58,711 bases of DNA. Source: a virus. Its lineage: Duplodnaviria > Heunggongvirae > Uroviricota > Caudoviricetes. The DNA lies in IMG/VR virus record IMGVR_UViG_2925891887_000002, one strand, 5' to 3'. Of this stretch, positions 1 through 10,294 are shown piece after piece. The number at the start of each line of letters is the position of its first letter. The first letter of the stretch is position 1. A program made the position numbers and the translations under genes. Under the pieces are notes generated by a model. It was not told where the DNA came from. It did not search any database and was given only the letters and a program-made list of their open reading frames with translations.

Positions 1-585
1 CTATTCGATAATGGGTCCTGTTGGCCATTCAATATCCGGTGCAGTTGATGTATCAACACGGTTCAGCAATACCCGATACTTTTTCCATGCTTCCAGCAAC
101 GAGATTTCTTCCTCCGTTGCAATTTCCAGATCTGCAGCATCCTGAAGCGGCGCAATATGCTCACTGGCTACCTGCATCAGGTTGTTTTTTGTTTCTTCCG
201 CCTCCCGGATCCGGAACAGTTTTTCTGCTTCCGTATCCTTCACCCAGGCTGTGCCGTTCCACTTCTGAAACTCCCCTTCCGGCGATAACCAGGTAACATT
301 TTCCGGTAACGGACCGAGTTCAGAAATAAATAACGCGTCGCCGGAAGCCACGTCATAAACCGTTTTACCCCGATGATCTTCAACGAGATGCCACGATGAC
401 TCATCACTGTTGAAAACAGCCACGAAGCCAGCCGGAATATCTGGCGGTGCAATATCGGTACTGTTTGCTGGCAGACCTGTATGAGGCGGAATATATGCAT
501 CACCTTCACCAATAAATTCATTAGTTCCGGCCAGCAGATTATAAATTTTTATGGTCCGTGGTTGTTCACTCATTCTGAATGCCAT
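1..585 (-). CDS. tfa: Tail fiber assembly protein Tfa
   Basis: 194 aa, matches lambda Tfa as recalled; stop codon at 1..3. Confidence 0.9.
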   Translation of the reverse strand: MAFRMSEQPRTIKIYNLLAGTNEFIGEGDAYIPPHTGLPANSTDIAPPDIPAGFVAVFNSDESSWHLVEDHRGKTVYDVASGDALFISELGPLPENVTWLSPEGEFQKWNGTAWVKDTEAEKLFRIREAEETKNNLMQVASEHIAPLQDAADLEIATEEEISLLEAWKKYRVLLNRVDTSTAPDIEWPTGPIIE

Positions 586-3500
586 TATGCAAGCCTCACA
601 ATATAGTTAAATGCGATGTTTTTGACGGTGTTTTCCGCGTTACCAGCAGCGTTAACGGTGATGGTGTGTCCATGTGAACCAATCGCAACGGAGTGCGTAT
701 GAGCACCAATACCGACAGTATGCGCGTGTGCACCTGCAGATGCTGCTGTGCCGGACAGTGAGTGGCTATGATTACCATCTGTACTGGTATTAGCTAACCA
801 CCCCGTAGACATACCTACTGAGCCTTGTACACCCCAGGTATTTTGACCTGAGCTTGTATAACCATATTGATAAGTATCTTTAAAAACACTGGGGTTAAAT
901 CGACGGCCATCTCTATGGCTGTGATTACCAGCTGCATTCGTGCTGCCACTTAAACTATGGGTATGCGCACCAGTGTTATTCGTGGATTTAGTGCCGTAAT
1001 CAAACGACGATGTGGTTTTCGTCCCCAAATCCGTACTGGATGCGCTGGCGCTGTGGGTATGCGATTTAATGCCGTCCTGTTCCTGAGACAATACGGCCCG
1101 ACCACTGGTAGGTTTGCCCTTAATCGTCCAGCCACGCATATCAGGGATCACGCCTGACGGATAAGCCGCTGCAAGTTTCGGGTATGCAGATTTGTCAAAA
1201 GTCTGCCCCTGCATCAGGGCATAGCCAGACGGAACGGTATCTGATGGCCACGGGATTGGTGCACCGACTGGATAAAACTCTGCAGGAGGATGAGCCGAGG
1301 TGTAAAGCTGCGCCCACGGCGACCAGTTTGCGTCGGTCGTATCCCGTCGTGAACGAATAAATGCCGGAGCATGAGCACCGCTTGTACCACTCCAGCCGAT
1401 GAGTAACTCACCTTCGCCAACGGCTGTCATCCCTTTCAGGTGAATGATATTTCCATACGCTGTTGGATATCCGTTGTTATACACCTCGTATAACTCAAGA
1501 CCTGTTGCCCCCTGCGTATTGTCTGTCAGCGCGGTTACCCGACCTTTTGAAGACAGATTAACTGATGATACTGCTGTTCCACCTGACGGTAACGCCCCGA
1601 TCTCTGATGCCGTTGGCTTATTTCTGGAGTTATAGTCCCTTCGCCAGCCAGGTGAATAATCTGTTCCGTGATTAATATAGGTAAACTGGGCGTTAGTTGT
1701 TCCACCACCAGTGGAGGTGGTCGGTGTGGTAATGCGGATCGTCATCGCTGACTTTATCCCCATTACTTCAATGACAGCTCCGGCGAGATGAATATTACCG
1801 CAGTCAGTATCAGTAATGATTTTATTATTGCCATAAGACCAGGAACCCTTGCACATCCAGTAGGGATGGTTAAATGCTCCCTGAGAATCCAGCCACTCGA
1901 TAAACTGTGCAGTCGTCCAGTTTCCTGTTATTGTGCTTACTGACCCACCAAAGGCACGGCAGGCACCAATATTTTTCGTAAAGGTGTCTTTGCCAGGGAT
2001 ATCCGCACCGTTCTGATCTTTCTGCAGACGTTTCTCAGCATTGTCATAGGCTGTTTTTACTGCCTTTGGTGTCGCGGCAAGCGTTTCAGACGTGCTGTTG
2101 GTCGCGCTGCTTAGCTGGATTATCCCTTTCTGTGCTGTCGTTGCATCCTGTGCGGTGTATTTCCCGTTAGCCAGGTCATACGCGGCCTTAACGGCTTTTG
2201 GTGTTGCCGCCAGTGACTCGGAAGTGCTGTTAGTCGCACTACTGAGCTGTACTATCCCCTTTTTCGTCGTGCTCGCATCCTCAAGCGCCACAGCGGATGC
2301 AATATCCTCTGCCCGTTTTGCCGCTGTCTCGGCGCGCGTTGCCGCGGTTTCTGCCGTACTTTTGCTCTGTGCTGCCGCTGTCGCACTGCCAGCAGCCTCT
2401 GTCGCCTTCGTGGATGCTGTCGTGGCGCTGCCCTTCGCTGCTGACGCCTGTCTGGTCGCCTCATCTTTTGAAGCTGACGCCGATGATGCCGATGAAGCCG
2501 CCGAACTGGCGGACGATGCGGCAGCCGTTTTTGAGGATTCTGCGCTGGTTTCCGACGCTTTCGCGTTCGTCTCGGATGTCTTCGCTGCGGAAGCAGACCT
2601 CGCTGCTGCACTGGCCTGTTCAGTGGCTTCGCCAGCCTTCGTTGTGGCTGTTGAAGCAGACGAGGCGGCACTTTCTGCCGACTTTCCGGCAGCGGTGGCA
2701 CTGGCTGAGGCCTGCCCGGCACTTGTTGAGGCGGCACTGGCAGATGATGCAGCCGCTGTTTTTGAGCCTGCCGCAGCTGAGGCACTCTGTCCCGCTGCCG
2801 TTTCAGAAGACCTGGCGTTCGTCTCAGACGTCTTTGCCGCCTTCGCGGAATTTCCTGCCGCCGTTGCCGAGGAAGCGGCACTACTGGCGCTTGATGATGC
2901 GTTCGTTTCTGATGATTTCGCTGCCTCTTTTGAGGCCGCCGCATCCCGGGCTGAGGTGGCAGCTTCTGACGCCTTTGTGGTCGCTGCGGATGCAGAAGTG
3001 GCTGCAGATTTTTGTGACGCTGCCGCATTCGTTTCTGACGTTTTCGCCGCACCGGCACTGGTAGCTGCCGCGCTTTTTGAGGACTCTGCAGCGGCAGCAC
3101 TTTTTGATGCTTCAGTAGCCTTTGTTGATGCCGTTCCTGCGCTGGAAGACGCTGACTGAGCCGACGTCGCGGCCTGCCCGGCTGATGTGCTGGCTGCGCG
3201 TGCTGAGCCTGCAGCATCAGTCGCATGGGTTGCCGCCTCACGTGCTGATGTGCCGGCATCGCTGGCTGACTTCTTCGCGGCTGCCGTGTTCTGTGCCACC
3301 GCGGACGCGTTACGCGCCACCTCTTCCACCATCAGTTCAAAACGGCGCAGTGCCTCCGGACGGGCATCATCCTCCGTCATGGCACCGAGAAAATCATTCA
3401 GCGTACCGGGTCGGGAATCTTCATACACGGTGATGGTCCCGGCATGTGACGGCGGGAATCCTTCCACCAACAGAATAACGCTGTACTGACCGTACTCAAC

Positions 3501-3656
3501 GTCCATACTGTAACGCCCGGCTTCATCCGGATTTTCAGATGCCAGCGTGTTCACCACCACCGTGGTACTGTTACGTTTTGCTTTCAGCTGGATTGTGCAG
3601 TTCTGTACCGGTTTTCCTGTGCCGTCTTTCAGTACACCTGAAATTTTTACTGCCAT
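585..3656 (-). CDS. stf: Side tail fiber protein Stf
   Basis: Lambda Stf N-terminus ([12 protein letters not shown]) from ATG at 3654..3656 (upstream GTG in track), long Ala/Ser/Thr-rich repeat shaft, His-rich GAHxH repeats at C-terminus. Confidence 0.9.
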   Translation of the reverse strand: MAVKISGVLKDGTGKPVQNCTIQLKAKRNSTTVVVNTLASENPDEAGRYSMDVEYGQYSVILLVEGFPPSHAGTITVYEDSRPGTLNDFLGAMTEDDARPEALRRFELMVEEVARNASAVAQNTAAAKKSASDAGTSAREAATHATDAAGSARAASTSAGQAATSAQSASSSAGTASTKATEASKSAAAAESSKSAAATSAGAAKTSETNAAASQKSAATSASAATTKASEAATSARDAAASKEAAKSSETNASSSASSAASSATAAGNSAKAAKTSETNARSSETAAGQSASAAAGSKTAAASSASAASTSAGQASASATAAGKSAESAASSASTATTKAGEATEQASAAARSASAAKTSETNAKASETSAESSKTAAASSASSAASSASSASASKDEATRQASAAKGSATTASTKATEAAGSATAAAQSKSTAETAATRAETAAKRAEDIASAVALEDASTTKKGIVQLSSATNSTSESLAATPKAVKAAYDLANGKYTAQDATTAQKGIIQLSSATNSTSETLAATPKAVKTAYDNAEKRLQKDQNGADIPGKDTFTKNIGACRAFGGSVSTITGNWTTAQFIEWLDSQGAFNHPYWMCKGSWSYGNNKIITDTDCGNIHLAGAVIEVMGIKSAMTIRITTPTTSTGGGTTNAQFTYINHGTDYSPGWRRDYNSRNKPTASEIGALPSGGTAVSSVNLSSKGRVTALTDNTQGATGLELYEVYNNGYPTAYGNIIHLKGMTAVGEGELLIGWSGTSGAHAPAFIRSRRDTTDANWSPWAQLYTSAHPPAEFYPVGAPIPWPSDTVPSGYALMQGQTFDKSAYPKLAAAYPSGVIPDMRGWTIKGKPTSGRAVLSQEQDGIKSHTHSASASSTDLGTKTTSSFDYGTKSTNNTGAHTHSLSGSTNAAGNHSHRDGRRFNPSVFKDTYQYGYTSSGQNTWGVQGSVGMSTGWLANTSTDGNHSHSLSGTAASAGAHAHTVGIGAHTHSVAIGSHGHTITVNAAGNAENTVKNIAFNYIVRLA

Positions 3657-3664
3657 ATTCACCC

Positions 3665-3697
3665 CACAAAAAAGCCCGCCTGAACCGGCGGGCTGTC
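3665..3697 (-). terminator. Rho-independent terminator between lom and stf
   Basis: Minus-strand hairpin AGCCCGCC..GGCGGGCT followed by a T-run. Confidence 0.6.
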
Positions 3698-3720
3698 ATA
3701 ACACTGTGTTACCTGGCTAA

Positions 3721-4320
3721 TCAGAATTTATAACCAACACCCACGATGAACCCGTCAGTGCGCCAGTCACCACTGCCGGAGCCTTCATAAGCGACATCAA
3801 TGGCCACGGATTCGGTCGGGTTAAACTGCACGCCAGCTCCCCACGCCAGAGACGTGTTGTTGTGGCGACCGTCATCACTTCCGGTCAGCACATCGTGCTT
3901 TTTCCCCTTGTTGTCAGTTACGCGGAGATAATCCCCGGAGAAAGTCGACACACGGCTGTAAGCCATACCCGCCATCGCATACGCGCTGAACCATTCATTC
4001 ACGCGCACAGACGGCCCCGCCATCACGCTGAACCAGCGATTACGCACGGAATCTTCATGCCAGCGGGTATCGCTGTAACGGGTCAGCTGGCGATTCTTGT
4101 CTCCTGCATAGCTGAACGACGTCTCCAGCCCCAGTGTGTCCGTAAACTCATAACGGTATTTCACGTTAATCCCGTTCAGATCATCACTGCCGGGAACGTT
4201 CGTCGAGGCATGAAGATAGCCCGCGCTCAGCGTGGACTGATGTTCAGACGCCCATGCAGGCGCACCGGATACGGCCAGACAGATGGCTGCGGACAAAATG
4301 GCGGCATAAAGTTTACGCAT
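3721..4320 (-). CDS. lom: Outer membrane protein Lom (Ail/Lom family)
   Basis: 199 aa with signal peptide, lambda Lom-like. Confidence 0.9.
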   Translation of the reverse strand: MRKLYAAILSAAICLAVSGAPAWASEHQSTLSAGYLHASTNVPGSDDLNGINVKYRYEFTDTLGLETSFSYAGDKNRQLTRYSDTRWHEDSVRNRWFSVMAGPSVRVNEWFSAYAMAGMAYSRVSTFSGDYLRVTDNKGKKHDVLTGSDDGRHNNTSLAWGAGVQFNPTESVAIDVAYEGSGSGDWRTDGFIVGVGYKF

Positions 4321-4344
4321 AATTACCTCTCGCTTTTCTGCAAT

Positions 4345-4368
4345 AAAAAAGGCGTCATTCCTGACGCC
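4345..4368 (-). terminator. Putative rho-independent terminator downstream of J
   Basis: GGCGTCA..TGACGCC hairpin followed by a T-run on the minus strand. Confidence 0.45.
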
Positions 4369-4390
4369 CTTTATTGGGGTTATAAATATT

Positions 4391-7300
4391 TCAACGAATA
4401 CTGATGCCGGAAGCGGCTTTTTTGGTCACAATCACCGTACAGTCGGTGATATTGCCTGCCCCCTGATTGCCTTTCTGGAAAATCTTAAACTCCAGAGTGA
4501 CGCTTCCCCTGCCACTCGGCATATCAATAACTGCACTGTAACTACCGGGAATGGCCCCTTTAGTTTCTCTGGATGCGATTAATACGCCGTTTTTGCGAAC
4601 TTCAAAACCATAACCCGTGTATCGCGTGCCTCCTGGGTTATTTCCGCTCCCCGGATCGTCATACGCTATACCGTTAAAAATAATGGGCGGAATAATAATC
4701 TGGCGGTCAAAGTTATGATCATCGCTGATGGTGACTGTAACCGTACCGTTTGGTGTTTCCGTGTTACCCCACGTACCGACTTTTTTCGGGAAGGCTTTTG
4801 ATACAGCTTTAACGAAATCTCCTCTGACCTGGGTCGCCTCCAGCATGCCCTTAATCGTACAGTTCTGGTTAATCGTGACATTGTTGAGCGTTCCTGAGTT
4901 CGCATTCACACTGCCACTGATATCCACATTTTTCGCCGTCAGTCTCCCGTCTGATGTCAGGGAAAATGCCGGAGGATTACCGCCGCTGGTAATGGTGGGG
5001 GCCGTCAGGCGTTTCAGGAACACTTCATTCATGAATATCTGATCGCCCTGACCAACAAACATCGGCTTTGTGTTGCCATTCGCAGGATTAATCATCGCAA
5101 TCCTGTCTGCTGCCAGCAGCACCTGACTCTGCATGCCGTCAGGGGTGTTCTCAATACCGGCACCGATACCCGCAATATAAAGGCGTCCGTCCTGCATCTG
5201 CTGCAGCTTCACTGCCCACATGCTGTTCAGGTTATTATTTGTATCAACCTGAACCTTCTGTATCTGCTGGATCGCTGCACTCTGGTCTTCCAGTTTCTTA
5301 TTGACGGTCTGTGTTATTTCATTGCTGACATCCGTTATGGACGTCCTGATTTCAGTCAGGTCAGGCGCAAGCTGACCGTTATCAATCTGCGTCCACAGCT
5401 CCTGAGCCAGATGGGTTTTCCCTATCTCGCCTTTGAAAAAATCCAGATAGCCTGATGCATCATCACTCGGCTGACCGACAGCCTCCACGAATGCCGATTT
5501 GCCAACGGTGTTCACACTGCGAACGTAAAAATAATAATCATGGCCCGGTTTGATATTGATACTGGCGGCTATCCAGTACAGTGCCGTACCAAGATAACGC
5601 GCGCTGGTTTCAACCTGCCTGATATCCGCAATCCGTTTTTCCGAGAACCAGAACTCAAACTGTACCGTCGGGTCATAAACCGCAAGATGCGGCGTGGCGG
5701 TTATCTGAAAATAGCCCGGCGTCAGCTCAATCCGCGACGGCGCTGCCGGTGCGGCAATCCGGAACGATACCGACGCCGGATCGCCCTGCTGCCCCCACGC
5801 ATTTACTGCCCGGACTGTCAGCCTGTAGTTCCCCAGAGCCAGTTGTGTGAAGCGGTAAGTGGTTTCCGTCGTCCGGGCCGTGCTGACCAGCCGCTCACGG
5901 CCGTCATCCGCTGCCACGGTCAGGCGAAGCATAAAGCTCACGCCCTTCACCACCTTCGGCGTGTCCCAGCGGGCCAGTATCTGATACTCCCCGCTGTCTG
6001 CGGTGACTTCGGCAGTCAGGTGCTGCACCGCTGGCGGCGTGACACCATTCACCGTGCCGCTCTGGTCGCCGTCAAAGTGCGCCCCGTTATCCACGATGGC
6101 TTCTTTTTCCGGTACATGCTGCACGGCAGTGATGGCATACGTGCCGTCATCGTTCTCACGGATACTCACACAGCGGAACAGGCGCTGGCGCAACGTCGGC
6201 AACTTCAGCCCCCATACGCTGTATCCGGCAACGCCGTCAGGAACACGGCTCACTTTTACCTTCACGCCGTCGGTGACGGACTGGACCTCCACGCTGACCG
6301 GATTGCCACTTCCGTCAACCAGGCTTATCAGCGTGGTACCGGAGGATGGCAGCGTGATTTCACGGTCGAGCGTCAGCGTCCGGCTCTGGCTGTTCACCGC
6401 CAGCACGCGCCCGCCGGTGCTGATACCGGCATAGTCATCATCGCAGATTTCAATGACATCGCCCGGTACATGGCGAAGCCCTTCAGCCCCCACGCTGAAG
6501 TCCACGGTCTGCGTTTCCAGCAGCTCCGTTTTAATCAGCCACAGCCCGGCGCGATGTGCCTGCCCCCGGCTGGTACAGCCAAAGGCATCCATCTTCGTGA
6601 CGTTACGACCGTAACGGGCAATGGCCTGCGTGTCCTCCACAAGCTCTGTCGCCGTCTCCCAGCCGTTATTCGGGTCAATCCAGTTCACCTCAACGGCATT
6701 ATGGCGGTCCTTCAGGGCGCTGAAGCTGTAGCGGAACGGCGCGCCATCATCCGGCATCACCACATTACTGCGGTTATAGGTCCACACCTTATCTGATGGT
6801 CGGTCCTGCACGAACGTCAGCGTCTGCCCGTTCCATACCGGCATACAGCGCATCGCCGAGCAGAAATCACTGAGCACATCCCACGCCTTGCGCTGTGTGG
6901 TCAGGTACGCATTACAGGTGATGCGCGGCTCCGTGCCGCCAAAGCCGTCCGGCACTGACTGGTCGCAGTACTGGCCGATGACATACAGCGCCCATTTATC
7001 CACGTCCGCCGCACCAAGACGTTTTCCCATGCCGTAGCGCGGATGGGTCAGCATATCCCACAGACACCAGGCCATGTTGTTGCTGTATGCTGGCTTAAAC
7101 GTTCCGTCCCAGATACCGCTGTATTGCCGCGTCTGCGGGTTATAGTTCGACGGCACCTGCAGAATGCGCCCGCGCAGATGATAATTACGGCTCACCTGCT
7201 GGCTGCCGAACTGCTCCGAATCCACCTGCACGCCGACCAGTGCCGTGTTCGGGTAGCACTGTTTCACATCGATGATTTCGGTGTATGACGACCAGAGTGT

Positions 7301-7888
7301 TTTGTTCTGCAGCTGGTCTGTGGTGCTGTCCGGCGTCATCCTGCGCATCCGTATATTGAACGGGCGCGGCGGCAGGTTACCCACCACCACCGAGGCCAGA
7401 TACTGCGAGGTGGTTTTGCCCTTAATGGTGATGTCTTTTTCCGTCACCCAGCCACCATTACGCTGGATCTGAACCAGCAGGCGGACTTCCGACGGATTCC
7501 GGTCCCCCTTTGAGGTGGTTTCCACCAGTGCCTGCACGCCGAAGGTAAAGCGCAGACGGTCGATGTTTGCAGACGTAATGGTGCGGGTGATCGGCGTGTC
7601 ATATTTCACTTCCGTACCCAGCACCGTCTCGGAGCCGGAGGATTCAAACCCCTCCGGCGGTGTCTGCTCCTGCTCACCGGCACGGAACACCACCGTGACA
7701 CCGGAGATGTTGGTATTCCCCTCAGTGTCCAGCACCGGCGTACTGTTCAGCAGCACGCTTTTTAATCCATCCACCGGACCTTCAACCGGCCCTTCGCTGA
7801 TGGCATCGATCACACTCAGCAGCTGCGTGGACTTCAGGTTGTCCTTCGCTTCGCGCGGGGTATGCCCCTTACTGCTGCCTTTACCCAT
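4391..7888 (-). CDS. J: Central tail fiber / host specificity protein J
   Basis: 1165 aa; lambda J-like over most of its length, C-terminal part differs from my recollection of lambda J. Confidence 0.95.
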   Translation of the reverse strand: MGKGSSKGHTPREAKDNLKSTQLLSVIDAISEGPVEGPVDGLKSVLLNSTPVLDTEGNTNISGVTVVFRAGEQEQTPPEGFESSGSETVLGTEVKYDTPITRTITSANIDRLRFTFGVQALVETTSKGDRNPSEVRLLVQIQRNGGWVTEKDITIKGKTTSQYLASVVVGNLPPRPFNIRMRRMTPDSTTDQLQNKTLWSSYTEIIDVKQCYPNTALVGVQVDSEQFGSQQVSRNYHLRGRILQVPSNYNPQTRQYSGIWDGTFKPAYSNNMAWCLWDMLTHPRYGMGKRLGAADVDKWALYVIGQYCDQSVPDGFGGTEPRITCNAYLTTQRKAWDVLSDFCSAMRCMPVWNGQTLTFVQDRPSDKVWTYNRSNVVMPDDGAPFRYSFSALKDRHNAVEVNWIDPNNGWETATELVEDTQAIARYGRNVTKMDAFGCTSRGQAHRAGLWLIKTELLETQTVDFSVGAEGLRHVPGDVIEICDDDYAGISTGGRVLAVNSQSRTLTLDREITLPSSGTTLISLVDGSGNPVSVEVQSVTDGVKVKVSRVPDGVAGYSVWGLKLPTLRQRLFRCVSIRENDDGTYAITAVQHVPEKEAIVDNGAHFDGDQSGTVNGVTPPAVQHLTAEVTADSGEYQILARWDTPKVVKGVSFMLRLTVAADDGRERLVSTARTTETTYRFTQLALGNYRLTVRAVNAWGQQGDPASVSFRIAAPAAPSRIELTPGYFQITATPHLAVYDPTVQFEFWFSEKRIADIRQVETSARYLGTALYWIAASINIKPGHDYYFYVRSVNTVGKSAFVEAVGQPSDDASGYLDFFKGEIGKTHLAQELWTQIDNGQLAPDLTEIRTSITDVSNEITQTVNKKLEDQSAAIQQIQKVQVDTNNNLNSMWAVKLQQMQDGRLYIAGIGAGIENTPDGMQSQVLLAADRIAMINPANGNTKPMFVGQGDQIFMNEVFLKRLTAPTITSGGNPPAFSLTSDGRLTAKNVDISGSVNANSGTLNNVTINQNCTIKGMLEATQVRGDFVKAVSKAFPKKVGTWGNTETPNGTVTVTISDDHNFDRQIIIPPIIFNGIAYDDPGSGNNPGGTRYTGYGFEVRKNGVLIASRETKGAIPGSYSAVIDMPSGRGSVTLEFKIFQKGNQGAGNITDCTVIVTKKAASGISIR

Positions 7889-7948
7889 TCCTCACGCTCC
7901 ATAAATGACAAAACCGCCCGCAGGCGGTTTCACATAAAACATTTTGCA

Positions 7949-8620
7949 TCAGCGACCAATCACCACAACCTGACCACCGTCCCCTTCGTCTGCCGTGCTG
8001 ATCTCCTGAGAAACCACGCGAGACCCCACGCGCATTTCCCCGTACAGAACAGGCAGAACATTGCCCTGGGCAACCATGTTATCCAGTGAGGAGAAATAGG
8101 TGTTCTGCTTACCGTTATCCGTTGTCTGTGTACGGGGAGTTCTGGCTTTCGGTGCCAGCATCTGCGCCACACCACCGAGCACCATACTGGCACCGAGAGA
8201 AAACAGGATGCCGGTCATACCACCGGTCCCAATGGCTGCCCCCCATGCTGCAAGGGTGGCTCCGGCGGTAAAGAATGATCCGGCAATGGCGGCAGCCCCC
8301 AGGACAATCTGGAATACGCCACCTGACTTGGCCCCGGCGACTCTGGGAACAATATGAATCACAGCGCCATCAGGCAGAGTCTCATGTAACTGCGCCGTTA
8401 ACCCGGACGTGCTGACGTCCCGCCCGGCAATCCGTACCTGATACCAGCCGTCGCTTAGTTTCTGACGAAACGCCGGGAGCTGTGTGGCCAGTGCCCGGAT
8501 GGCTTCAGCCCCCGTTTTCACACGAAGGTCGATGCGGCGACCAAATCGTTGTAAATCCCCGTAAAGGCAGATGCGCGCCATGCCCGGTGACGCCAGAGGG
8601 AGTGTGTGCGTCGCTGCCAT
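7949..8620 (-). CDS. I: Tail assembly protein I
   Basis: 223 aa, lambda I match. Confidence 0.9.
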   Translation of the reverse strand: MAATHTLPLASPGMARICLYGDLQRFGRRIDLRVKTGAEAIRALATQLPAFRQKLSDGWYQVRIAGRDVSTSGLTAQLHETLPDGAVIHIVPRVAGAKSGGVFQIVLGAAAIAGSFFTAGATLAAWGAAIGTGGMTGILFSLGASMVLGGVAQMLAPKARTPRTQTTDNGKQNTYFSSLDNMVAQGNVLPVLYGEMRVGSRVVSQEISTADEGDGGQVVVIGR

Positions 8621-9261
8621 TTGTCGGTGTACCTCTCTCGTTTGCTCAGTTGTTCAGGAATATGGTGCAGCAGCTCGCCGTCGCCGCAGTAAATTGCGGC
8701 GTGATTCGGCACTGATGAACCAAAACAGCACAGCAGCACATCGCCCGGCTGTGCCGCTGACAACGGCACCTGATACAGCCCCGTCGCCTCCAGATTATCC
8801 AGATAGAGATTCTGGCCGTTACGCCACCAGTCATCCTCACGATAAAAGTCCGGCATCTCAATCCCCGCCAGATGATAAGCATCCCGGAACAGTGTGTAAC
8901 AGTCCGTCACACCGTGCTCAAAGCGCCGCCCGGTGAGATGCGGCACACAGCGGAACTTATGAATCGTCCCCCGGCAGACCAGCCACCACGGCAAATCACT
9001 CTGCACCTGCAGCCGCCGGTCGGCCTCACTCAGCCAGGGCAGACCACCGGGGTGACTGTGGACCAGCGCCACAATCTCACCCTGCATTTTGGCCTGCAGC
9101 CAGTCCTCCGGCGACATCCGGAAATAATCCTCCGGCTCACCGGAGATATTCACGCAGGGAAAATATCTTTCCCCCTCCGGCGTGCTTACCACGAAGCCGC
9201 ACGACTCCGCTGGCGCACATCGCCGGGCGTGCGCCAGAATCGCTGATTCTGTCTGTGTCAT
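8518..9261 (-). CDS. K: Tail assembly protein K (JAB/MPN plus NlpC/P60)
   Basis: 247-aa ORF; HSHP motif; lambda annotation uses the internal Met (199 aa, start 9117) but tight packing with L favours 9261. Confidence 0.85.
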   Translation of the reverse strand: MTQTESAILAHARRCAPAESCGFVVSTPEGERYFPCVNISGEPEDYFRMSPEDWLQAKMQGEIVALVHSHPGGLPWLSEADRRLQVQSDLPWWLVCRGTIHKFRCVPHLTGRRFEHGVTDCYTLFRDAYHLAGIEMPDFYREDDWWRNGQNLYLDNLEATGLYQVPLSAAQPGDVLLCCFGSSVPNHAAIYCGDGELLHHIPEQLSKRERYTDKWQRRTHSLWRHRAWRASAFTGIYNDLVAASTFV

Positions 9262-9266
9262 GGGAT

Positions 9267-9965
9267 TTACTGCGAAAGTTTGTTAATGGAAAGGAAGCCG
9301 CCAAAGTTGCCGACGTTATTGCGGAACTTACAACCGCTCAGGCATTTGCTGCATTTATCCTTCGTGATATCGGACGTTGGCTGGTCATATTCATCCGCGA
9401 CAGCCGGACCGCTATAACCGCACTCGTCACCGCGATAGGTCCAGGTGCAGGTGTTGGCCAGCATGATACGTCCCGGAAAAACAGCGCCATCCGTTTCCGT
9501 CGGCGTGGACAGTACAAAGGAGGCACTCACCGCGCTCAGTTCGCTGCACTGCTCAATGCGCCAGCGGCTGATCACCTCCTGCTCCGGATCGGCGTAACTG
9601 TTTCCGTTGACGAAGTTCACCGCATCCAGAAAACGGGCGTAAACCTTACGCCGGACCACCGTTCCGCCGACCAGACTCTGCATATCTTCCGCCATCCCGG
9701 TGACCATACCGTACAGGTTAGAAACCGTCAGCGTGGGGCGCGTACTGGTGCCTTTGCCATTCAGTTCAAAACCGCTCCCCTGAATGGGATACGGCTGATA
9801 CTGTCGCCCCTGCCAGGTGACCGGCTCACCTTTTTCGTTCTGCTCATTACAGAAAAAATAACGTTCTCCACCGACCTCTGTCAGGTCGATTTCCCAGAGC
9901 ACCACGCTGGCCGACTGCTCCGCACGGGTGCATTCATTCAGTGTTTCCTGCCGGATATCCTGCAT
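9267..9965 (-). CDS. L: Tail tip protein L
   Basis: 232 aa, lambda L match. Confidence 0.9.
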   Translation of the reverse strand: MQDIRQETLNECTRAEQSASVVLWEIDLTEVGGERYFFCNEQNEKGEPVTWQGRQYQPYPIQGSGFELNGKGTSTRPTLTVSNLYGMVTGMAEDMQSLVGGTVVRRKVYARFLDAVNFVNGNSYADPEQEVISRWRIEQCSELSAVSASFVLSTPTETDGAVFPGRIMLANTCTWTYRGDECGYSGPAVADEYDQPTSDITKDKCSKCLSGCKFRNNVGNFGGFLSINKLSQ

Positions 9966-10294
9966 CAGTTCACCACCTGTTCAAACTCTGCGCTGAACTC
10001 AACACGCAACATACTGACCCGCGACGACCATTTTGCGCAGGTCACCTTTATCTGCCGCCACTCATAAGGCGGCGTCCACAGAAAGGATTTCCAGCCCCCG
10101 TGCTCTTCCAGAAACGACTCCAGTACCGTGGCCTCCTCACGGGGGACAGAAAGCGTCACGCTGTACGTTTTCAGGTTGGCATTCAGCCCGGCAGGCGCTC
10201 GCTGAGAATAGCCATCACCAAAGCGCACCTTTCTTACAGAAGGGACCGAAGCCACATCCATACCGGGTTTCACTTTCCAGCGGAAGGTCTTCAT
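9965..10294 (-). CDS. M: Tail tip protein M
   Basis: 109 aa, position and size as lambda M. Confidence 0.9.
   Translation of the reverse strand: MKTFRWKVKPGMDVASVPSVRKVRFGDGYSQRAPAGLNANLKTYSVTLSVPREEATVLESFLEEHGGWKSFLWTPPYEWRQIKVTCAKWSSRVSMLRVEFSAEFEQVVN

Noticed and set aside
2092-3259. Long ORFs on both strands (355, 335 and 255 aa) inside the stf repeat region
   Set aside because: They overlap the Ala/Ser/Thr-rich repeat shaft of Stf; such low-complexity GC-rich repeats give open frames in several phases. The translations are Ala/Leu/Arg/Pro-rich with no recognisable fold.
5540-6796. 418-aa plus-strand ORF
   Set aside because: Entirely antisense to the well-supported J gene; no start context and an Arg/Pro-rich composition typical of antisense frames.
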